From: a virus
Lineage: Duplodnaviria > Heunggongvirae > Uroviricota > Caudoviricetes
Virus record (IMG/VR): IMGVR_UViG_3300045988_180666
DNA: 31,872 bases
Direction: 5' to 3' (one strand)
The notes below the pieces were generated by a model. That model was not told the DNA's origin. It saw nothing but the letters and a program-made list of their open reading frames with translations, and did not search any database. The position numbers and the translations under genes are program-made. This document shows, piece by piece, positions 25,952-31,872 of the stretch (position 1 is its first letter; the number at the start of each line of letters is the position of its first letter).

Positions 25952-28906
25952 CTAGAAAGGTTTATCACTATCTTTATCTACCTTGCTCCAGTCAATGGTA
26001 GATTGATATTCACCCCCAGCTGCAGGGACATCAGCCTTGGCAGCTTGTTTATCCTCTTTTTTATCATCACTCTTCTTGCTTCGGAGATAGATCATCTCGA
26101 CAGGGCTGCCGTCTGGGTTAGCTGGATCGCGTCTGATGATGCGGTGCTGGCTGTTGCAGAGATCAGCTGGGTTCAGCTCTTGGATGTATGGACACAGCTC
26201 GACGAAGGCTCTGAGCTTTTTGGTGAAGCTCTGTGTGGTCGCCTTGTTGATGCCTGAGAACTGCTTGAAGTCATTGAACGCACGCTCTCTCACGATAAAT
26301 GTATCGAGTCGCTCGCTCTCTTCTGAGAAGTAGGATGCAGCCCAGTCTTCGAAGTTGACACCCATGTCGGCCTTGAACTTGCGCTTGATGATGTTATCCA
26401 TCGGTGGCATGATCTTGATAGGTTCGCCAGCCAAGGAGAGATAGAAACGACAGCACTGCAGGAAAAAGTTGATGTCAGCATTCCACTCATCCTCAGTGTA
26501 TGTCTTTGAGAAGAGATCTTCGTCGAAGTCATCACGGATGCTTCGGGTCTCTTGGTAATCATTCTCCTCTGTGCGCTGATGGTAATAGTCGGAGAACACC
26601 ATATAGAGCAGTCTCGCCTCTGAGGAAGGGTCGAAGTCTGCCGGCACGTAGTTGGTGGTGAAGGCAATCTTCGGGCTATCCTCGAAAGGAATTGTGAAGC
26701 TCTGGTTGTTCTTTGGGTTGACTGTCATATCTGAAGTAATGTTATCGTAAAATAAACCTGTGTTGAGATAGCGGTCACAGTCATCGAGGAGCAGCATCTG
26801 GGTGTGCTGTGTCACCTGATCGAAGACGTGTGGGTTGTCCATCAGCTTAGGGTTGCGTCCGGAAAGCTTGACTGTTTTCATCAGCAGTGAAAGCGTCTTG
26901 AAGAAGAAACTCTTACCGGAACGGCCGTTGCACTCGTTGTTTTCACCAATCTTGTTGTCCATCGCCATCGGAGCCCAAGCCCTGGATGGTGCCTTGTAAT
27001 GATGGAGCATGTAGCCGAAGGTGAAAATCTTGTTTATCAAGTTCTGCTTTTGCTCTTGTATCTCGTTGTCGGCAAGCCCTTCGCCAGCGATGTCGAAGAG
27101 GTGTGCCTTGTGGTATGCCTCTTTCTCCTCGATGCTCTTGTCCTCAAAAGCATACTCTAGCTCTTTGCGCCAGTAGGTGCGAGAGGCGTTGATGAGATAG
27201 CCGAAGAAGTGGGACTTCACGTTCTTGACCTCGATGTCGAACTTCGGCCTGCCATCCTCGTCGATGGTTCGGGTGATGGAGAACATGTCATCCAACTTCT
27301 TGAAGTTGTGGTTGATGACATTCTCTTGCCAAACATAGTTTTTGAGCGAGCTGCCCTCACGCTGGTACTCGTTTAGTCCATCTTTGGTGACCTCGACGCT
27401 GACACGAGGGAAGAAGAACAACTGCGAGTGGTTGGTGTAGCTGGTGAAGTCTAGCGTAATCTCTTGGAGCGAGTCGAGCGCCGATGCCGACAGCTTTGGC
27501 GTGTTGAGCACCAAGTTAAGGATGTCACGCTTCTCAGCTCTCTCGATGACCCATTGGCGGCAGAACTCACGGATGTCTCTCGTGGTGATGAGCTTGACGA
27601 TGTTGCCCGTGATGCGAACATATTTGGTGATGGTCGAGTTGTCATCGTGCAAGGTATAGAAACCATTGAGACGAAGAAAATTGTAGAGGCACGCCGTGTC
27701 GATGTAGTGGTCCCAGGTGTTAGCCTTTTTGTTGAGCTTGCTCACCCAAAATCGGGCTGGCATCGCCAGTGTCATGAGGTTGCGGAAGTCTTTGCGAGTA
27801 TTGCGCAGCTCCATCCAGTCTCGCAGGTCTTTGCGCCCCTTGCCACGGTTGTCGTGGTAGGTGCGAAGCCAAGAAGGCAACCATATCGTATGGATGTCGA
27901 TGAAGCGCAGGGCAAGCTCTGTGCCCTTGGCGATGCCCGTCTCGTCGATGTCGGGTATATTGTAGAGCACCTCGACATACTTCATAATCTCTCGGTACTC
28001 CTCGTCGCTGAGCTTGTAGGTCTCGGAGTTGAACCATAACGGGTTGTAGCCCATGGAACGGCAGCAGAGACTGTCACGCTCGCCACTGCAGATGAAAGCC
28101 TCGGGAAGTTTCTTCTCCTTGTAAGGCTTGGACTCGTCTGTGTTGGTCTTGTTGTACTCAGCCTCTTCACGGCGGTTGAACTCGTGATAGGCAGCCTTCA
28201 GCTCAGCTAGGCCATTGATGTATTGCTTAGGCTTGATGCCGTCTGGGGTGTAAGAGAATCGCCACTGCTTTTGGTAGTTGAGAGGCTCATATATCTTGTA
28301 GAACTTAACCTCAGGCTTGTCGCCTTCAGCTGGGCGAACCAAGCACTCACGCATAAAGATAGGGTAGTGCTCGTTGCTGTGCTTAATCTTGACCTTGCGG
28401 TCTTTGACGTATCCTATCCACTTGGCGGAATGCCAGTTGAGCGCATCGACGTGCTCTTGCTTGACGTTTGGACCCAGTACCTTCAGTTCATCTTCGGTGA
28501 ACTTCTCGTTCAGCTCGAAAGGTCTGGTACCATCTTTCTCGTTGATGGTGGCATCACGCTCTGTGAACGTAGGCTTGTTGACCTCTTTTTTGAGTTCATC
28601 GCTAACGTTGTATTCGGAAGCCAGTCGCAGGATAGCATCAGGAAAGCGGTCGATGCACTTCTCTCTCATGTAGAGGTCGATAGGTGACTCGGCAGATCCG
28701 TCGCCGCCGAAGTCTGTCACTCGCCAGCAGTCTTTGAACTTTTTGAGACTGCAGGAAGGTGTTTTCTCATTGCGGATGGCAAAGTGCTTTTTAGGCGTGC
28801 CAGTCGTGCAATATTTCTGGATGCATTCTTTTGCGTCCGGGTATAGTGAGATGATGATGTCGAGACCATCATCTGTAGCTTGATAAATTTGTTCTGCTTT
28901 GATCAT
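25952..28906 (-). CDS. Replicative primase / SF3 (D5/P4-like) helicase
   Basis: Track ORF of 994 aa. P-loop NGRSGKSF followed about 45 aa later by Walker B-like MLLLDDCD in C-terminal third. Track start overlaps the promoter -7 element, so the ATG at about 28906 (MIKAEQIYQ...) is the likely start. Confidence 0.7.
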   Translation of the reverse strand: MIKAEQIYQATDDGLDIIISLYPDAKECIQKYCTTGTPKKHFAIRNEKTPSCSLKKFKDCWRVTDFGGDGSAESPIDLYMREKCIDRFPDAILRLASEYNVSDELKKEVNKPTFTERDATINEKDGTRPFELNEKFTEDELKVLGPNVKQEHVDALNWHSAKWIGYVKDRKVKIKHSNEHYPIFMRECLVRPAEGDKPEVKFYKIYEPLNYQKQWRFSYTPDGIKPKQYINGLAELKAAYHEFNRREEAEYNKTNTDESKPYKEKKLPEAFICSGERDSLCCRSMGYNPLWFNSETYKLSDEEYREIMKYVEVLYNIPDIDETGIAKGTELALRFIDIHTIWLPSWLRTYHDNRGKGRKDLRDWMELRNTRKDFRNLMTLAMPARFWVSKLNKKANTWDHYIDTACLYNFLRLNGFYTLHDDNSTITKYVRITGNIVKLITTRDIREFCRQWVIERAEKRDILNLVLNTPKLSASALDSLQEITLDFTSYTNHSQLFFFPRVSVEVTKDGLNEYQREGSSLKNYVWQENVINHNFKKLDDMFSITRTIDEDGRPKFDIEVKNVKSHFFGYLINASRTYWRKELEYAFEDKSIEEKEAYHKAHLFDIAGEGLADNEIQEQKQNLINKIFTFGYMLHHYKAPSRAWAPMAMDNKIGENNECNGRSGKSFFFKTLSLLMKTVKLSGRNPKLMDNPHVFDQVTQHTQMLLLDDCDRYLNTGLFYDNITSDMTVNPKNNQSFTIPFEDSPKIAFTTNYVPADFDPSSEARLLYMVFSDYYHQRTEENDYQETRSIRDDFDEDLFSKTYTEDEWNADINFFLQCCRFYLSLAGEPIKIMPPMDNIIKRKFKADMGVNFEDWAASYFSEESERLDTFIVRERAFNDFKQFSGINKATTQSFTKKLRAFVELCPYIQELNPADLCNSQHRIIRRDPANPDGSPVEMIYLRSKKSDDKKEDKQAAKADVPAAGGEYQSTIDWSKVDKDSDKPF

Positions 28907-28932
28907 AATTCTTTTCCATTGTAAATTTGCTT

Positions 28933-28940
28933 GCAAAATT
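28933..28940 (-). promoter_or_regulatory. Promoter -7 element for primase-helicase gene
   Basis: Plus-strand CAAAATTA = reverse complement TAATTTTG, about 28 nt upstream of ATG at about 28906. Confidence 0.45.
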
Positions 28941-29074
28941 ATTGCAAAGCGAGTTCAAAACAAAATACTTATTTTTTGTCGCATAGAGCCTTTGGCTCAT
29001 ACTCGACGTATCTGTGGAGAGGGTGGCAGTATCTGCCATTGATGCAGTTGCTGCCATCCTCGCACTTTTGGCAT

Positions 29075-29386
29075 TTAATCGGTGGCATCGACTTTTATAT
29101 CAAAAGTGTCGTTGTGTAGCAACATCTTGGTATGAACATAAATTGGCTTTTGCTCATCCTCATCCCATCCAACCTCTCGGAAGTCTCTGCCATCGATATA
29201 GCATTCGGTGGCGTATCCTTTGTCGGTCCACTCTACGATATGGTCTTTGTCGAACTCGTCTCTTGCTGGCACTGTAGCCAGAACACGAGTGCCAAACTTG
29301 CTGTAGCTAATCTCGTGTATGGTTACGTTAGGATATTTCTCGATGATTGCCTCCTCGATAGATTTTGTCTTAGTCTTCTTTTTCAT
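29075..29386 (-). CDS. Hypothetical early-region protein
   Basis: ORF track, 103 aa. Third gene of minus-strand early operon. Confidence 0.5.
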   Translation of the reverse strand: MKKKTKTKSIEEAIIEKYPNVTIHEISYSKFGTRVLATVPARDEFDKDHIVEWTDKGYATECYIDGRDFREVGWDEDEQKPIYVHTKMLLHNDTFDIKVDATD

Positions 29387-29576
29387 TGTTCTTCATTCTG
29401 AATTTAACAATACCTGCCACGATGCCGTCTTCTTGGTCATCGTAGAACATATTTAAATCTGTTGTGCCCTTATGGAGTGTACCATAGGACACGTCAACGG
29501 CAACGCTGGCATCCTCGAAATCTTTGAGGATGGCTTGAAGCTGTTTGCTGTTGCATCTGACTGTCATTTTTCCCAT
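29370..29576 (-). CDS. Hypothetical small early-region protein
   Basis: ORF track, 68 aa. Confidence 0.45.
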   Translation of the reverse strand: MGKMTVRCNSKQLQAILKDFEDASVAVDVSYGTLHKGTTDLNMFYDDQEDGIVAGIVKFRMKNNEKED

Positions 29577-29788
29577 GATCCATCATTGATAATTTGCTCG
29601 ATGACCTCTCTGTCGATGGCACGCCAAGTATTGGTGCGCATCTTATTGTAGATGGTGTTCTGGCTCATCTCTAGCTTTAGCTGCAGTGTGGCCATGAACT
29701 TGCTTCTCTTTTTGCGTGGTATCTCATTATACCATGCGAGGATGATATTTTCATCATCATTTTTTTGTTTTTTTCTTGCATATTCCAA
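29564..29788 (-). CDS. Small basic protein, first gene of early lytic operon (Cro-like role possible); start uncertain
   Basis: ORF track, 74 aa with apparent non-ATG start at 29788; first in-frame ATG at about 29695. Divergent from repressor gene. -7 element about 22 nt upstream. Confidence 0.45.
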   Translation of the reverse strand: MEYARKKQKNDDENIILAWYNEIPRKKRSKFMATLQLKLEMSQNTIYNKMRTNTWRAIDREVIEQIINDGSWEK

Positions 29789-29798
29789 TATTTATTAT

Positions 29799-29806
29799 TA
29801 ATTTTG
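29799..29806 (+). promoter_or_regulatory. Repressor promoter -7 element (plus strand), back-to-back with early lytic promoter
   Basis: TAATTTTG on plus strand about 97 nt upstream of repressor ATG (29903); adjacent to the minus-strand element. Confidence 0.4.
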
Positions 29807-29809
29807 TTG

Positions 29810-29817
29810 CAAAGTTA
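29810..29817 (-). promoter_or_regulatory. Early lytic promoter -7 element (minus strand) in divergent switch region
   Basis: Plus CAAAGTTA = reverse complement TAACTTTG, 22 nt upstream of the 74-aa gene start at 29788. Confidence 0.5.
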
Positions 29818-29902
29818 GTAATAAAAATCGGAAAATACTAACGAAAGTAAGTAAAAACACCTACGATAATAGGTTAAATATTATTAATTAAATTAGGTAA
29901 TT

Positions 29903-30280
29903 ATGTTTAATGGTCAGATAATCAGAAAGTTAATGTCGGATGCTGGCTTAACTAAAAAAGAGTTTGAAAGACGTATGTTCGGTAGTAAATCGACCGACCT
30001 CAACCATTTGGAAAAAGCGAAGAATCTTCGCAGTGACACTCTCGAACGTCTGCGTGATGTGTTGAAGTGCTCTATGGATGACTTCTTTACAGCACCCTCA
30101 TGGGCTGAGAACGGAAAGGGGACAGTCGTAGGCTCTAACAATGTGCTGTCAACAGTAGCCATCGGCAACGAAGTGATGGAAGCCCAATATCTCAAGGAGT
30201 TGCTCTTGGAGAAGGACAAACGCATCAGCACTTTGGAAAATTATATCAAGCTTCTGGAGACTAACTTAAATAAGGACTAA
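29903..30280 (+). CDS. XRE-family helix-turn-helix transcriptional repressor (phage CI-like), with C-terminal coiled-coil
   Basis: 125 aa. N-terminal IRKLMSDAGLTKKEFERRMFGSKSTDLNHLEKAKNLRSDTLERLRDVLKCSMDDFF is a typical HTH_XRE. No S24 peptidase domain. Only phage gene on plus strand. Confidence 0.65.
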   Translation: MFNGQIIRKLMSDAGLTKKEFERRMFGSKSTDLNHLEKAKNLRSDTLERLRDVLKCSMDDFFTAPSWAENGKGTVVGSNNVLSTVAIGNEVMEAQYLKELLLEKDKRISTLENYIKLLETNLNKD

Positions 30281-30309
30281 TACGAAACATAATTCGTAAG
30301 ATGAATCCT

Positions 30310-30325
30310 TATATATAATAAGGTG
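30310..30325 (+). repeat. Copy b of 16 nt AT-rich repeat TATATATAATAAGGTG
   Basis: Exact 16-mer, 30 nt downstream of repressor stop, near presumed prophage right boundary. Confidence 0.7.
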
Positions 30326-30486
30326 TATAAAATATATCGTATAATCTCAGCAGTGATATCCAACTCGTTAGTCCTGCCGCCGCAACTAGTTTCGGGTAAG
30401 AAGTTGGTAAACAACATCTTATCCGATTTCTGTTTTTCTATTGGAACTATATCAGAACGAAATACTTTCCATTCCACATTCCTTTG

Positions 30487-30527
30487 ATATTCAATATTTA
30501 ACACTTATTATTTGCGTATATTGAATA
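30487..30527. promoter_or_regulatory. Inverted repeat ATATTCAATAT / ATATTGAATA upstream of TetR gene (candidate operator)
   Basis: Arms at 30488-30497 and 30518-30527. A related palindrome ATTCAA-AGTATA-TTGAAT lies at 31229-31246 upstream of fabG, sharing the 11-mer GTATATTGAAT. Confidence 0.4.
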
Positions 30528-30542
30528 AAAGTGCTACTTTTG
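30511..30542 (+). promoter_or_regulatory. Bacteroidetes-type promoter of TetR gene (-33 TTTG, -7 TACTTTTG) overlapping an inverted repeat
   Basis: TTTG at 30511-30514 and TACTTTTG at 30535-30542, 20 nt apart. Inverted repeat TTGCACA (30540-30546) / TGTGCAA (30559-30565) overlaps the predicted start site. Confidence 0.5.
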
Positions 30543-30591
30543 CACATTGATAATTTATTGTGCAACCAAATCTCGATGGAGGTACTTCGTT

Positions 30592-31188
30592 ATGTCAATA
30601 TCAAAAACTAGACAGAAATTAGTGGATGTCGCTCGACAACTCTTTGCAAAGAACGGAATCGCCAATACAACGATGAATGACATCGCTGTGGCTTCTGGTA
30701 AGGGACGTCGCACGCTTTATACCTATTTTAGTCGTAAGGAGGACGTCTATTACGCAGTGATAGAGTCGGAATTGGAGCGCCTTTCTGACAAACTTGACGA
30801 AGTGGCCGCCAGTAAGATTCGACCTCAAGACAAAATCATCGAATTGATTTATACCCACTTGAGCATGATCAAGGAGACTGTTGTCAGAAATGGAAATCTG
30901 AGAGCTGAGTTCTTCCGCAATATTTGGATGGTGGAAAAGGCTCGCAAGAATTTCGATGAAGACGAGATAGAACTTCTCAGGAAGGTTTATTCCGAGGGCA
31001 AGGCGGACGGCGAGTTTGACATCGATAATGTAGATTTGGTGGCTGACATCACACACTATTGCATCAAAGGTCTCGAAGTTCCGTTTATCTATGGGCGATT
31101 GGGACATGGCTTGAACGTGGAGTCGAGCAAACCGCTGGTTGCCAAGGTTGTCTATGGTGCTTTAGGAAAGTCGGGAATGAAGTTGTAA
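30592..31188 (+). CDS. TetR/AcrR-family transcriptional regulator (host-type)
   Basis: Track ORF starts at 30547; ATG at 30592 (MSISKTRQKLVDVARQLFAKNGIANTTMNDIAVASGKGRRTLYTYF) gives the canonical TetR N-terminal HTH. Bacteroidetes-type promoter upstream. Confidence 0.8.
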   Translation: MSISKTRQKLVDVARQLFAKNGIANTTMNDIAVASGKGRRTLYTYFSRKEDVYYAVIESELERLSDKLDEVAASKIRPQDKIIELIYTHLSMIKETVVRNGNLRAEFFRNIWMVEKARKNFDEDEIELLRKVYSEGKADGEFDIDNVDLVADITHYCIKGLEVPFIYGRLGHGLNVESSKPLVAKVVYGALGKSGMKL

Positions 31189-31331
31189 GAGATTGCTTGC
31201 TAGAATAGCGAAATGCTCTTTTTCTGTTATTCAAAGTATATTGAATGATGGACTAAACTTTCTTGCAAATTCTCAGCAAATCACAAATTGAATAATATAA
31301 AGTGTTAAATATCAAATAAATAAAAAGAAAA

Positions 31332-31872
31332 TGGGATTATTAACAGGTAAGACAGCCCTTATTACAGGTGCTGCACGCGGCATCGGTAAAGCTGTCGCAA
31401 TGAAATTCGCATCAGAAGGTGCTAACATCGCATTCACAGACCTAGTTCTCAATGACGACATGGCTGCTGGTTTGGAAGCTACTCGTAAGGAAATCGAGGC
31501 TCTTGGCGTAACATGCCGTGCTTATGCTGGTAACGCTGCTGATTTCGCGGAGACAGACAAGACTGTTAAGCAGATTCATGCTGACTTCGGTTCTATCGAT
31601 ATTTTGGTTAACAACGCTGGTATCACTAAGGATGGTTTGATGCTCCGTATGAGCGAGGCTCAGTGGGATGCTGTGTTGAACGTTAACTTGAAGTCTGCTT
31701 TCAACTTCATCCACGCTTGTTCTCCTATCATGCTCCGTCAGCGCAGCGGTTCTATCATCAACATGGCTTCTGTAGTAGGTGTTCATGGTAACGCAGGTCA
31801 GTGCAACTATGCAGCTTCTAAGGCTGGTATGATTGCTTTGGCTAAGTCTATCGCTCAGGAGTTGGGTCCTAA
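31332..31872 (+). CDS. fabG: 3-oxoacyl-ACP reductase-like short-chain dehydrogenase, N-terminal 180 codons (gene continues past window end)
   Basis: Hand translation MGLLTGKTALITGAARGIGKAVAMKFASEGANIAF...NNAGITKDG...YAASKAG shows Rossmann TGxxxGIG, NNAG and YxxxK motifs of classical SDR/FabG. Not in ORF track (no stop in-window). Confidence 0.8.

Larger units (their letters stand above)
1..30300 (-). mobile_element. Prophage / phage genome segment (left end beyond window; right end about 30300-30540)
   Basis: Contiguous terminase, prohead protease, capsid candidate, primase-helicase, divergent repressor switch and large tail protein; host-type TetR + FabG beyond 30590. No integrase in window, so integrated state is inferred. 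Confidence 0.65.

Noticed and set aside
30330-30420. Possible tRNA or tRNA fragment at the prophage/host junction
   Set aside because: No T-loop (GTTCGA/GTTCAA-type) or acceptor/anticodon arm arrangement could be recognised; only a generic 6 bp inverted repeat is present.
30277-30504. 75-aa minus-strand ORF in the junction region
   Set aside because: Lies across the presumed boundary and the TetR promoter/operator region, with no start context and a low-complexity hydrophobic translation; likely spurious.
1-31872. CRISPR array, rRNA, integrase/transposase
   Set aside because: No regularly spaced direct repeats with unique spacers, no rRNA-like conserved stretches, and no protein with recognisable tyrosine/serine recombinase or transposase motifs were seen.

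Overview
Almost the whole window (about 1-30300) reads as a tailed-phage genome, most likely a prophage of a Bacteroidales host, followed by host-type genes at the right edge (TetR-family regulator, FabG-like reductase). Nearly every phage gene is on the minus strand. Domain calls were made by eye from the six-frame translations; only a few are recognisable: an XRE-family repressor, a primase/SF3-helicase, a ClpP-like prohead protease, a terminase large subunit, a PRTase and a RadC/JAB protein. The rest are hypothetical. Operons are marked by a recurring TGCAAAGATA motif (reverse complement of the Bacteroidetes -7 element TAnnTTTG) about 20-30 nt upstream of minus-strand starts, and by hairpin plus T-run terminators. 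Items most worth follow-up: (1) an adjacent PRTase + RadC/JAB pair; (2) a lower-GC three-gene cassette with its own promoter and terminator; (3) a ~900 bp ORF-free, repeat-containing region after the terminase; (4) an iteron-like TTGTAAC array beside the primase gene; (5) a 15-16 nt exact AT-rich repeat at three module junctions. No integrase, tRNA, rRNA, CRISPR array or reverse transcriptase was seen. All coordinates are hand-indexed and may be off by 1-2 nt; nothing here was checked against a database.
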